A stretch of DNA of 64,000 nucleotides, taken from the human T2T-CHM13v2.0 reference genome, Homo sapiens. Positions 10,156 to 22,921 of the stretch are shown here, piece after piece. The stretch lies in assembly GCF_009914755.1 (NCBI RefSeq), contig NC_060942.1; one strand, given 5' to 3'. The notes under the pieces are model-generated. The model saw only the letters and a list, made by a program, of their open reading frames with translations, was not told where the DNA came from and did not search any database. A program made the position numbers and the translations under genes. Within the stretch, counting starts at the first letter, position 1. Each line of letters begins with the position of its first letter.

Positions 10156-10986
10156 TCTTCTGCAGAAAGATAATCGTTATAGCCTGAGAATCGGGGAATG
10201 GGGATTCGGGTGTTAAGCCTTTTCTGAGAATTACCCTCCGTGTTGTGCAGAGAAATAAGTAAATTTGCTGTGTTTCCAGACTTCCAGCTGCCTCACGAAG
10301 AGGATCGTAGTGCAATACTGGCGATGCCTCCAGAGCTCCCTGAATGAGGTTTATCTTGTAAATAGGTGGGAAGAGAATTGAGCTGTCCTGGGTCAGTGTA
10401 GTAATGTTACAGCAGGATCCTTAGGTTGATGCTGAATTCTATCTGGGGTAGATTTATATTTTGTGCGGGGGTTGTTTCCTTTCTGTGTTTTCGAGCGGGA
10501 TTGTCGCTGTGGGAGCAGGGATCTGCTAAGGTTTGTCTCGTTCTCCAGTAATGAATGAGTTTAATGGGTGCAGCCGCTGTTTTCAGTAGCATGCCAGTGG
10601 GGGCATCGATGAGCTATGAGGGGCTAGAGCTTGCTCGGATTGTTTCCTTGTGTTTGTGTTTTGAGATGCGTTTGCTTGTGTCATGTTTGTTTTCCATTTT
10701 GGCAGGGGAAAGGTTTTCCAGGAAGAAAGGTTGTTGCCAGTGGATTTGGTTCCGAGGGGCTGGGGTTTCTGGCTGGGAGTGGGGAGGGGCTGCACGGTGA
10801 TCGGTGGCTACTCCACCTCCAGAAAGAGCGTGTGGCTTCTCTGCCTCGGGGAGGATATTCTGCTCTCTTGTGAGTTTTGCAAGCCACCCGAGATTCTCTC
10901 TTGAATTGCTGTCAAGAAATAGAGACCGGCGTTGTCTCTGGCCCTCGCTGGGGAAGCTTTTCTGAGGTTTTGTTTTTTTAATTTGA

Positions 10987-11091
<105 letters not shown>

Positions 11092-12807
11092 TGAGTAGCT
11101 GGGATTACAGGCGCTCGCCAGCAAGCCCAACCGAGTTTCGTCTTTTTAGAAGAGACGGGATTTCCTCATGTTGGTCAGGCTGGTCTGCAACTCCGGACGT
11201 CAGGGGGTCCGCCGGCCTCGACCTCCCAAAGCGATGGGAATAGAGGCGTGAGTCACCGTGCCCGGACATGTCTGAGTTTCACAGGGTCGCTGATTGGATT
11301 ATGTCCCCTTCCCCGGCACGAATGCTTTTCTGTCTTCCTTAAGGGTAGTATCTCTGTGGCACCCTGTTCTGGCTCCTTACGTGTTCTTCAGGCTTGAAGG
11401 CCTCTTTTCACGTGCACCGGCATCCACTCAGGTGCCTGCTTCCAGAAGCTTCCCAGCACCCACTCTGCTGACAGCCAAGGGCACAGGACTTTGATCTCTT
11501 CTGCTGCCCTTGCTGGGTTTTGCCTTGCGGCTTAGGTCTTTCTATTTCTCTCTCTATCCCTCACTGTCGGTAACGCCTAAGAACCAAGTTTACTTAATGG
11601 TGTGTGTGTGTGTGTGCGCGCGCGCGTCCGTGTGCGTGCTCATGTGTGCGTGTGCGTGTGTGTGTGCGTGTCTTTCTTTGTGTGTATGTGTGTGTGTCGT
11701 ATCTGGCACACGGACCTGTGATTACCAGCCCGCGTGAAGCCAACAAATGCCCTGAGTTAGAATGCAAACTTTCACCAAAGCTTGCAGGAGCTCGTAGGAG
11801 GTGAACTCAAGGTAGTTAACCCGGTCATCTCATGGTAATTAGAAACTCTGCTTGGCAGGTTTAGACTTCCTGATCGAGAACCTAAAGAAGCTGATTGAGG
11901 TGTCGCCATTCTTTCACAGGGGTTCTGGCTGAAAAGATTGGGATTGATTCTTTGCCGTGCTTAGTAAAAGTATTTTGACTTAAGGAACGTAGCAGTTGTT
12001 AGCATTTATGTATGAAATCCAGGAGTTCCTTTCTTCAGATAAACAGCAGGTTTCTTTGAGATGTGCTCCGCTTGTGTCACCCAGGCTGGAGTGCAGTGGA
12101 ATGAGGAAGGGTCACTGCAGCCTCCGCTTGCCCAGCTCAGGCGATCCTGCCACCTCAGCCCTCTAAGAAGCTGGGACCACAGGGGCCGTGCCACCACGCC
12201 GGGCTCATTTTGGTATCTTTTGTGGAGACGGGGTTTCTCCGTTTGGCCCAGCCTGTTCTCCACCTCCTGGGCTGCAGCGATCTGCTTTCCTCGGCCTCCC
12301 AGAGGAGGATGGCCGACGATTACAGGATCATGCCCGGCCTTTTCCCCGAAAGAAAACACCAACAGCAACAAAACATTTTGCGTAGTCGGAGTTATCAGTG
12401 TCAACTGGTGGATTGAGAGTTTGTGTCTAAGAAGTCCTTCCTTATGCACTGGATGATTTCAAAAGAAAGGAGAAAAGACAAAAGGGAATCTCACATCTTG
12501 TACCTGATTTATGATTGCAACTAGGGCGTTATTTAAAAGACGATCAGTGAACCACCAAAGTAGAATTGATCCGAATGCGTTCATAATATCTTCTGAATTC
12601 TGAGGTGTCCTCCAAGCAGGGAGGCAGTGGCTGGGTGTGGGAGGCAAAAATCACAGGGCCAGCACTTGACACCTGCAGGATTCGGAGGCTCAACTTTGCA
12701 CCAAGCCAAGGGTTCTGGTGTCCGTCGCAAGTTTCGTTCCCCAACCCGCATTGACTTTGCATTGGCCCTCCTCCCCCCGGATTTTATCCGTAAGGCAAGT
12801 CCTGAGT

Positions 12808-14448
12808 TTATCGTCGGGAGAATCTTCCCTTGTAGTCTCGAATTGCCTTGGCCATCAGCGGGGCCACTTTCTTGGCAGCCTGTTTTCGGGTTTTGTCCGC
12901 GGGCGCCGCGTGCCGGTTGCTGCTGCCGCCGCCGCTCACGCTGCCGCCGTCGCCGTCCCCGAGGCCGGAGGGAGCCTGGCTGCTTCCTGCGGGCTTGGGG
13001 GCTGGCTCCATCTCTCCATTTCCGGGGTCAGCGGCTCCTGCAGACTTCTCTTGCCTCCTGGAAGCATCATAAGGCGTCTTGGCCACAGAGTTGAAACAGA
13101 TCATCTTTGTCTGTCGGCCGCTGGGTTTGTTTTCACGTGCGGATCGGATTTTCGTGGTCACTACTCGCAGCCGCTGCTCTCGGGCGTCCCGAAGCCGCAG
13201 GTACAGCTCCCGCCAAGACTCGTGCTCCTGTGGCTTTTCTTCCTTGAAGTCCTGGAGGCAATGAATCCTCCATAATTCATCTGTCTCTCGAGCGAGTGCG
13301 GCATTGTCTTTCTCTGTGCGGTACAGCTGATCGGGCGTCCACCCTTCCAGAACGGGTTCAAGAACCGAGTAGGGGACCCCTTCCACGTCGCCGAGGGCGT
13401 CCGGATTGTTCCTAGGCACCCGGAGGCACTGCTGGCGCAGCGTCGGCACCTGGAGCTGGCAGGCAGGCCTGGAGCCCGAGTACACCGGCATCTTAGCGTT
13501 CACTCTGCGTCCAGGGAAAGCAGCTTCCTCCTGGAGCGCTGGCGCGCAGAGTGCTTCTGGGTTTGCCTGGGAGGTCATGGCCTCAAAAGCGGACAGCAGA
13601 TCGTAGTTGGCCTGCATCCAGGCCTCTGAGGGGTCCCAGAGCTCCGAGAAGACATGGCTGGGCACCGTTTTCGGCCCGGCGGAATCAGCGCCGGCCGCCT
13701 GCAGCCTCTCTGACTGGCTTTCCTGGACAGGAGGCGATTTCTGAGCCGAAGCCCCGCGGGACGATTTGTGCCCCTTGCTGTGGCTCCCCACCGCTTCCCC
13801 CTGGGGTTGGCCCTGGCAGCCTTGACCCAGCAGAGGCCCGCCCTGAGCGGCGTGAGCGTGGCCTCTTCCGGGTTGCTCCCCGGGCACAGCGGGCTCAGGA
13901 CCCTCGGGCATCGGGAGGGGAGCGGTGCGCGTTGGAGGGTCCCGATGGGGGCCGGAATCAGCTGGGGCCATTCTGGGGCGCTTTCTCTCGGCTCTGGGCT
14001 CGCGACTGGGAGACCTCGGGTGAGGTCTCTGTTGCCCCGGAGGTGTTCTGCGTGCTGTCCGTCTGTGCTCAGGGCTGTGAGATGGGCTCCTGGGGGCCGT
14101 CGCGTTTTCTGGGAAGCCCCAGGCCTTTTCCCGCTCCTGAAGAGCCTCCCCGAAGCGCTGTCGGGAAGCGCTCTCCTCAGGGTCCTGCGGGTCAGGCCCG
14201 GTGTTTCGGTCCACGAGCACCAGCTTCTTCCACCGGGCCGCTAAGTCTCTGGCAAAGTCGCCCACGTGCTGGTGCTTCCGCAGGCGCTTCACCGTCTTTC
14301 TGATTCCAGTCTCCGCCAGGATGTCTGCGGTCATGGGCAAGGCGGAGAGTTTCTGCAAATATTTCTCTAGCTTTTTCGGCTCCGTCTTAGTGGCCAGACG
14401 CACCTGCAGCTTCCCCACTGCGCGCAGCGTAGTGGACCCTGCCGCCAT
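12808..14448 (-). CDS. ELOA3: Elongin A3, 546 aa, copy 3 (one synonymous SNV at 13900)
   Basis: Intact ORF, protein identical to copy 2. Confidence 0.95.
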   Translation of the reverse strand: MAAGSTTLRAVGKLQVRLATKTEPKKLEKYLQKLSALPMTADILAETGIRKTVKRLRKHQHVGDFARDLAARWKKLVLVDRNTGPDPQDPEESASRQRFGEALQEREKAWGFPENATAPRSPSHSPEHRRTARRTPPGQQRPHPRSPSREPRAERKRPRMAPADSGPHRDPPTRTAPLPMPEGPEPAVPGEQPGRGHAHAAQGGPLLGQGCQGQPQGEAVGSHSKGHKSSRGASAQKSPPVQESQSERLQAAGADSAGPKTVPSHVFSELWDPSEAWMQANYDLLSAFEAMTSQANPEALCAPALQEEAAFPGRRVNAKMPVYSGSRPACQLQVPTLRQQCLRVPRNNPDALGDVEGVPYSVLEPVLEGWTPDQLYRTEKDNAALARETDELWRIHCLQDFKEEKPQEHESWRELYLRLRDAREQRLRVVTTKIRSARENKPSGRQTKMICFNSVAKTPYDASRRQEKSAGAADPGNGEMEPAPKPAGSSQAPSGLGDGDGGSVSGGGSSNRHAAPADKTRKQAAKKVAPLMAKAIRDYKGRFSRR

Positions 14449-15113
14449 CTCGCCAGAGCTGTGCAGGCGTCGCTGTCCTCGCGGTCGCGGCTCTGTCCGA
14501 GCTCGGGGCGGCGGCACAGGCAGTCTGGGGTGGCCGGTCCTCGCTGCCCGGTCGCCAGGCGGCGACCTCGGGATGTGGAGTCACAGCCTGGAGCGAGCTG
14601 GGTCCTCGGAGCAGCGGGCCACTTGGTCTGGAACGCCGGTCCTTGCAGACAGCTGAGCAGGCCCGCTTCTGTTCCTCGGGATGTGCGGCCGCAGCCTGGA
14701 GTGTGACCTGTGCGGTGCGCCGTCCAAGGCGGAGTGAAGCTCCGCTGCCAGAGCCCGGCCTTATATAGCCAGCCCCGGGCCCACCCAGGGCTCAAGCCCT
14801 GACCCCCCTGGGCCCCTGGGCTGCCCCGCCCCGATAGGAATTCATTCCGTCAGCCCAACGCAGCCAATCGGGGCGGTCCACGCCAGGTGGACTGCTGTGC
14901 CCCGCGGGGTCATTAGGTTAATTGCAGCCTGGACACACCCCACTGAGTTCTACCGTTGGCCCTCCATGTACCCAGCTTCCACATCTGTGGATTCCAAAAG
15001 ACACAGAGAGAATCTTCTTGGGAGTAAAAGCGAAAATAACAACACCGCAAGACAGAATCGTAGGAAGAAGAACCAACAGAGGATGACAACTCTTTACCTG
15101 GCATTGACGTTGT

Positions 15114-15981
15114 GTGAGGGGACTTGGAAACATTGGTAGAAAAGTGGGATTAAGGGAGAAAGAGGAAAAAGGCGTATTTTACTCCTCAACCTCGGCTCCA
15201 TCAGCATCAAGACCCTTCTGGAAGCAGTGTCTTTTCCCCGCCGTCTAGCCCATCCCTTAAAGCCCCCAGGGTCCTGGGAATTTAACTATTTCCATGCAAT
15301 CTTTTTTCCATTGTTAACTGAAGAAAACTGGGTGCCCCTTACAGGTTTTCCAAGACAAGGAAACAAAGAGAAGTCAGCAGGCGCCAAATCAGGATTGTCA
15401 GGTGGACGCCTCACGGTTTCCCATGGCAAGTCTTGCCCAGCTGCCCTTGTTCGAAGAAAGGCATGATCAGGAACACTGTCGTGGTGGAGAAGAAGTCTCT
15501 GGTGGGGACCTTCTTCGCTCCAGCTTTGGCTAACTTTCTGAAAACGCTCTGCTAGCGAGCAGATGTGATCAGGGTTTGGCCCTGCAGAAAGTCAACCAGC
15601 AGAATCCCTCTAGCATCTCCCCCCCCCACCCCGCCCCCAACGGTGGCCATGACCTCTGCTCTTGACTGCTCCTCTGCAGCTTCGACTGGAGCACTGCCAC
15701 CTCTTGGTAGCCATGGCTTCGTGCTTGGTCTTCAGGATCCTGCCGGTAGAGCCAGGTTTCATCTCCTGTGACCAATCTTGGAAGAAATGCTTCAGGATCT
15801 TGCTCCCACCGGTTGTTTAAAATCTCCTCGGAAAGGCTTGCTCTGGCCTGCAGCTGATATTGGTGCCACGGTTTGGGCAGCCGAGTTCCACTCTCACCTT
15901 TCAGTCCAAATGAGGAAAACAGAACCATTTGAAGTGTCTATGGTGTCGGCTATTGTTTCTGCTGTCGGCGGCGATTTCGCG
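15114..15981 (-). mobile_element. HSMAR2 fossil (unit 3)
   Basis: Repeat of unit-1 element. Confidence 0.85.
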
Positions 15982-16021
15982 TAATGTTTACATTCTCACA
16001 TGACTTTCTCTCTCTCTCTCT

Positions 16022-16070
<49 letters not shown>

Positions 16071-16901
16071 TCTTCTGCAGAAAGATAATCGTTATAGCCT
16101 GAGAATCGGGGAATGGGGATTCGGGTGTTAAGCCTTTTCTGAGAATTACCCTCCGTGTTGTGCAGAGAAATAAGTAAATTTGCTGTGTTTCCAGACTTCC
16201 AGCTGCCTCACGAAGAGGATCGTAGTGCAATACTGGCGATGCCTCCAGAGCTCCCTGAATGAGGTTTATCTTGTAAATAGGTGGGAAGAGAATTGAGCTG
16301 TCCTGGGTCAGTGTAGTAATGTTACAGCAGGATCCTTAGGTTGATGCTGAATTCTATCTGGGGTAGATTTATATTTTGTGCGGGGGTTGTTTCCTTTCTG
16401 TGTTTTCGAGCGGGATTGTCGCTGTGGGAGCAGGGATCTGCTAAGGTTTGTCTCGTTCTCCAGTAATGAATGAGTTTAATGGGTGCAGCCGCTGTTTTCA
16501 GTAGCATGCCAGTGGGGGCATCGATGAGCTATGAGGGGCTAGAGCTTGCTCGGATTGTTTCCTTGTGTTTGTGTTTTGAGATGCGTTTGCTTGTGTCATG
16601 TTTGTTTTCCATTTTGGCAGGGGAAAGGTTTTCCAGGAAGAAAGGTTGTTGCCAGTGGATTTGGTTCCGAGGGGCTGGGGTTTCTGGCTGGGAGTGGGGA
16701 GGGGCTGCACGGTGATCGGTGGCTACTCCACCTCCAGAAAGAGCGTGTGGCTTCTCTGCCTCGGGGAGGATATTCTGCTCTCTTGTGAGTTTTGCAAGCC
16801 ACCCGAGATTCTCTCTTGAATTGCTGTCAAGAAATAGAGACCGGCGTTGTCTCTGGCCCTCGCTGGGGAAGCTTTTCTGAGGTTTTGTTTTTTTAATTTG
16901 A

Positions 16902-17006
<105 letters not shown>

Positions 17007-18722
17007 TGAGTAGCTGGGATTACAGGCGCTCGCCAGCAAGCCCAACCGAGTTTCGTCTTTTTAGAAGAGACGGGATTTCCTCATGTTGGTCAGGCTGGTC
17101 TGCAACTCCGGACGTCAGGGGGTCCGCCGGCCTCGACCTCCCAAAGCGATGGGAATAGAGGCGTGAGTCACCGTGCCCGGACATGTCTGAGTTTCACAGG
17201 GTCGCTGATTGGATTATGTCCCCTTCCCCGGCACGAATGCTTTTCTGTCTTCCTTAAGGGTAGTATCTCTGTGGCACCCTGTTCTGGCTCCTTACGTGTT
17301 CTTCAGGCTTGAAGGCCTCTTTTCACGTGCACCGGCATCCACTCAGGTGCCTGCTTCCAGAAGCTTCCCAGCACCCACTCTGCTGACAGCCAAGGGCACA
17401 GGACTTTGATCTCTTCTGCTGCCCTTGCTGGGTTTTGCCTTGCGGCTTAGGTCTTTCTATTTCTCTCTCTATCCCTCACTGTCGGTAACGCCTAAGAACC
17501 AAGTTTACTTAATGGTGTGTGTGTGTGTGTGCGCGCGCGCGTCCGTGTGCGTGCTCATGTGTGCGTGTGCGTGTGTGTGTGCGTGTCTTTCTTTGTGTGT
17601 ATGTGTGTGTGTCGTATCTGGCACACGGACCTGTGATTACCAGCCCGCGTGAAGCCAACAAATGCCCTGAGTTAGAATGCAAACTTTCACCAAAGCTTGC
17701 AGGAGCTCGTAGGAGGTGAACTCAAGGTAGTTAACCCGGTCATCTCATGGTAATTAGAAACTCTGCTTGGCAGGTTTAGACTTCCTGATCGAGAACCTAA
17801 AGAAGCTGATTGAGGTGTCGCCATTCTTTCACAGGGGTTCTGGCTGAAAAGATTGGGATTGATTCTTTGCCGTGCTTAGTAAAAGTATTTTGACTTAAGG
17901 AACGTAGCAGTTGTTAGCATTTATGTATGAAATCCAGGAGTTCCTTTCTTCAGATAAACAGCAGGTTTCTTTGAGATGTGCTCCGCTTGTGTCACCCAGG
18001 CTGGAGTGCAGTGGAATGAGGAAGGGTCACTGCAGCCTCCGCTTGCCCAGCTCAGGCGATCCTGCCACCTCAGCCCTCTAAGAAGCTGGGACCACAGGGG
18101 CCGTGCCACCACGCCGGGCTCATTTTGGTATCTTTTGTGGAGACGGGGTTTCTCCGTTTGGCCCAGCCTGTTCTCCACCTCCTGGGCTGCAGCGATCTGC
18201 TTTCCTCGGCCTCCCAGAGGAGGATGGCCGACGATTACAGGATCATGCCCGGCCTTTTCCCCGAAAGAAAACACCAACAGCAACAAAACATTTTGCGTAG
18301 TCGGAGTTATCAGTGTCAACTGGTGGATTGAGAGTTTGTGTCTAAGAAGTCCTTCCTTATGCACTGGATGATTTCAAAAGAAAGGAGAAAAGACAAAAGG
18401 GAATCTCACATCTTGTACCTGATTTATGATTGCAACTAGGGCGTTATTTAAAAGACGATCAGTGAACCACCAAAGTAGAATTGATCCGAATGCGTTCATA
18501 ATATCTTCTGAATTCTGAGGTGTCCTCCAAGCAGGGAGGCAGTGGCTGGGTGTGGGAGGCAAAAATCACAGGGCCAGCACTTGACACCTGCAGGATTCGG
18601 AGGCTCAACTTTGCACCAAGCCAAGGGTTCTGGTGTCCGTCGCAAGTTTCGTTCCCCAACCCGCATTGACTTTGCATTGGCCCTCCTCCCCCCGGATTTT
18701 ATCCGTAAGGCAAGTCCTGAGT

Positions 18723-20363
18723 TTATCGTCGGGAGAATCTTCCCTTGTAGTCTCGAATTGCCTTGGCCATCAGCGGGGCCACTTTCTTGGCAGCCTGTTT
18801 TCGGGTTTTGTCCGCGGGCGCCGCGTGCCGGTTGCTGCTGCCGCCGCCGCTCACGCTGCCGCCGTCGCCGTCCCCGAGGCCGGAGGGAGCCTGGCTGCTT
18901 CCTGCGGGCTTGGGGGCTGGCTCCATCTCTCCATTTCCGGGGTCAGCGGCTCCTGCAGACTTCTCTTGCCTCCTGGAAGCATCATAAGGCGTCTTGGCCA
19001 CAGAGTTGAAACAGATCATCTTTGTCTGTCGGCCGCTGGGTTTGTTTTCACGTGCGGATCGGATTTTCGTGGTCACTACTCGCAGCCGCTGCTCTCGGGC
19101 GTCCCGAAGCCGCAGGTACAGCTCCCGCCAAGACTCGTGCTCCTGTGGCTTTTCTTCCTTGAAGTCCTGGAGGCAATGAATCCTCCATAATTCATCTGTC
19201 TCTCGAGCGAGTGCGGCATTGTCTTTCTCTGTGCGGTACAGCTGATCGGGCGTCCACCCTTCCAGAACGGGTTCAAGAACCGAGTAGGGGACCCCTTCCA
19301 CGTCGCCGAGGGCGTCCGGATTGTTCCTAGGCACCCGGAGGCACTGCTGGCGCAGCGTCGGCACCTGGAGCTGGCAGGCAGGCCTGGAGCCCGAGTACAC
19401 CGGCATCTTAGCGTTCACTCTGCGTCCAGGGAAAGCAGCTTCCTCCTGGAGCGCTGGCGCGCAGAGTGCTTCTGGGTTTGCCTGGGAGGTCATGGCCTCA
19501 AAAGCGGACAGCAGATCGTAGTTGGCCTGCATCCAGGCCTCTGAGGGGTCCCAGAGCTCCGAGAAGACATGGCTGGGCACCGTTTTCGGCCCGGCGGAAT
19601 CAGCGCCGGCCGCCTGCAGCCTCTCTGACTGGCTTTCCTGGACAGGAGGCGATTTCTGAGCCGAAGCCCCGCGGGACGATTTGTGCCCCTTGCTGTGGCT
19701 CCCCACCGCTTCCCCCTGGGGTTGGCCCTGGCAGCCTTGACCCAGCAGAGGCCCGCCCTGAGCGGCGTGAGCGTGGCCTCTTCCGGGTTGCTCCCCGGGC
19801 ACAGCGGGCTCAGGGCCCTCGGGCATCGGGAGGGGAGCGGTGCGCGTTGGAGGGTCCCGATGGGGGCCGGAATCAGCTGGGGCCATTCTGGGGCGCTTTC
19901 TCTCGGCTCTGGGCTCGCGACTGGGAGACCTCGGGTGAGGTCTCTGTTGCCCCGGAGGTGTTCTGCGTGCTGTCCGTCTGTGCTCAGGGCTGTGAGATGG
20001 GCTCCTGGGGGCCGTCGCGTTTTCTGGGAAGCCCCAGGCCTTTTCCCGCTCCTGAAGAGCCTCCCCGAAGCGCTGTCGGGAAGCGCTCTCCTCAGGGTCC
20101 TGCGGGTCAGGCCCGGTGTTTCGGTCCACGAGCACCAGCTTCTTCCACCGGGCCGCTAAGTCTCTGGCAAAGTCGCCCACGTGCTGGTGCTTCCGCAGGC
20201 GCTTCACCGTCTTTCTGATTCCAGTCTCCGCCAGGATGTCTGCGGTCATGGGCAAGGCGGAGAGTTTCTGCAAATATTTCTCTAGCTTTTTCGGCTCCGT
20301 CTTAGTGGCCAGACGCACCTGCAGCTTCCCCACTGCGCGCAGCGTAGTGGACCCTGCCGCCAT
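18723..20363 (-). CDS. ELOA3: Elongin A3, 546 aa, copy 4
   Basis: Intact ORF, protein identical to copy 2. Confidence 0.95.
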   Translation of the reverse strand: MAAGSTTLRAVGKLQVRLATKTEPKKLEKYLQKLSALPMTADILAETGIRKTVKRLRKHQHVGDFARDLAARWKKLVLVDRNTGPDPQDPEESASRQRFGEALQEREKAWGFPENATAPRSPSHSPEHRRTARRTPPGQQRPHPRSPSREPRAERKRPRMAPADSGPHRDPPTRTAPLPMPEGPEPAVPGEQPGRGHAHAAQGGPLLGQGCQGQPQGEAVGSHSKGHKSSRGASAQKSPPVQESQSERLQAAGADSAGPKTVPSHVFSELWDPSEAWMQANYDLLSAFEAMTSQANPEALCAPALQEEAAFPGRRVNAKMPVYSGSRPACQLQVPTLRQQCLRVPRNNPDALGDVEGVPYSVLEPVLEGWTPDQLYRTEKDNAALARETDELWRIHCLQDFKEEKPQEHESWRELYLRLRDAREQRLRVVTTKIRSARENKPSGRQTKMICFNSVAKTPYDASRRQEKSAGAADPGNGEMEPAPKPAGSSQAPSGLGDGDGGSVSGGGSSNRHAAPADKTRKQAAKKVAPLMAKAIRDYKGRFSRR

Positions 20364-21028
20364 CTCGCCAGAGCTGTGCAGGCGTCGCTGTCCTCGCGGT
20401 CGCGGCTCTGTCCGAGCTCGGGGCGGCGGCACAGGCAGTCTGGGGTGGCCGGTCCTCGCTGCCCGGTCGCCAGGCGGCGACCTCGGGATGTGGAGTCACA
20501 GCCTGGAGCGAGCTGGGTCCTCGGAGCAGCGGGCCACTTGGTCTGGAACGCCGGTCCTTGCAGACAGCTGAGCAGGCCCGCTTCTGTTCCTCGGGATGTG
20601 CGGCCGCAGCCTGGAGTGTGACCTGTGCGGTGCGCCGTCCAAGGCGGAGTGAAGCTCCGCTGCCAGAGCCCGGCCTTATATAGCCAGCCCCGGGCCCACC
20701 CAGGGCTCAAGCCCTGACCCCCCTGGGCCCCTGGGCTGCCCCGCCCCGATAGGAATTCATTCCGTCAGCCCAACGCAGCCAATCGGGGCGGTCCACGCCA
20801 GGTGGACTGCTGTGCCCCGCGGGGTCATTAGGTTAATTGCAGCCTGGACACACCCCACTGAGTTCTACCGTTGGCCCTCCATGTACCCAGCTTCCACATC
20901 TGTGGATTCCAAAAGACACAGAGAGAATCTTCTTGGGAGTAAAAGCGAAAATAACAACACCGCAAGACAGAATCGTAGGAAGAAGAACCAACAGAGGATG
21001 ACAACTCTTTACCTGGCATTGACGTTGT

Positions 21029-21896
21029 GTGAGGGGACTTGGAAACATTGGTAGAAAAGTGGGATTAAGGGAGAAAGAGGAAAAAGGCGTATTTTACTCC
21101 TCAACCTCGGCTCCATCAGCATCAAGACCCTTCTGGAAGCAGTGTCTTTTCCCCGCCGTCTAGCCCATCCCTTAAAGCCCCCAGGGTCCTGGGAATTTAA
21201 CTATTTCCATGCAATCTTTTTTCCATTGTTAACTGAAGAAAACTGGGTGCCCCTTACAGGTTTTCCAAGACAAGGAAACAAAGAGAAGTCAGCAGGCGCC
21301 AAATCAGGATTGTCAGGTGGACGCCTCACGGTTTCCCATGGCAAGTCTTGCCCAGCTGCCCTTGTTCGAAGAAAGGCATGATCAGGAACACTGTCGTGGT
21401 GGAGAAGAAGTCTCTGGTGGGGACCTTCTTCGCTCCAGCTTTGGCTAACTTTCTGAAAACGCTCTGCTAGCGAGCAGATGTGATCAGGGTTTGGCCCTGC
21501 AGAAAGTCAACCAGCAGAATCCCTCTAGCATCTCCCCCCCCCACCCCGCCCCCAACGGTGGCCATGACCTCTGCTCTTGACTGCTCCTCTGCAGCTTCGA
21601 CTGGAGCACTGCCACCTCTTGGTAGCCATGGCTTCGTGCTTGGTCTTCAGGATCCTGCCGGTAGAGCCAGGTTTCATCTCCTGTGACCAATCTTGGAAGA
21701 AATGCTTCAGGATCTTGCTCCCACCGGTTGTTTAAAATCTCCTCGGAAAGGCTTGCTCTGGCCTGCAGCTGATATTGGTGCCACGGTTTGGGCAGCCGAG
21801 TTCCACTCTCACCTTTCAGTCCAAATGAGGAAAACAGAACCATTTGAAGTGTCTATGGTGTCGGCTATTGTTTCTGCTGTCGGCGGCGATTTCGCG
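21029..21896 (-). mobile_element. HSMAR2 fossil (unit 4)
   Basis: Repeat of unit-1 element. Confidence 0.85.
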
Positions 21897-21936
21897 TAAT
21901 GTTTACATTCTCACATGACTTTCTCTCTCTCTCTCT

Positions 21937-21985
<49 letters not shown>

Positions 21986-22816
21986 TCTTCTGCAGAAAGA
22001 TAATCGTTATAGCCTGAGAATCGGGGAATGGGGATTCGGGTGTTAAGCCTTTTCTGAGAATTACCCTCCGTGTTGTGCAGAGAAATAAGTAAATTTGCTG
22101 TGTTTCCAGACTTCCAGCTGCCTCACGAAGAGGATCGTAGTGCAATACTGGCGATGCCTCCAGAGCTCCCTGAATGAGGTTTATCTTGTAAATAGGTGGG
22201 AAGAGAATTGAGCTGTCCTGGGTCAGTGTAGTAATGTTACAGCAGGATCCTTAGGTTGATGCTGAATTCTATCTGGGGTAGATTTATATTTTGTGCGGGG
22301 GTTGTTTCCTTTCTGTGTTTTCGAGCGGGATTGTCGCTGTGGGAGCAGGGATCTGCTAAGGTTTGTCTCGTTCTCCAGTAATGAATGAGTTTAATGGGTG
22401 CAGCCGCTGTTTTCAGTAGCATGCCAGTGGGGGCATCGATGAGCTATGAGGGGCTAGAGCTTGCTCGGATTGTTTCCTTGTGTTTGTGTTTTGAGATGCG
22501 TTTGCTTGTGTCATGTTTGTTTTCCATTTTGGCAGGGGAAAGGTTTTCCAGGAAGAAAGGTTGTTGCCAGTGGATTTGGTTCCGAGGGGCTGGGGTTTCT
22601 GGCTGGGAGTGGGGAGGGGCTGCACGGTGATCGGTGGCTACTCCACCTCCAGAAAGAGCGTGTGGCTTCTCTGCCTCGGGGAGGATATTCTGCTCTCTTG
22701 TGAGTTTTGCAAGCCACCCGAGATTCTCTCTTGAATTGCTGTCAAGAAATAGAGACCGGCGTTGTCTCTGGCCCTCGCTGGGGAAGCTTTTCTGAGGTTT
22801 TGTTTTTTTAATTTGA

Positions 22817-22921
<105 letters not shown>
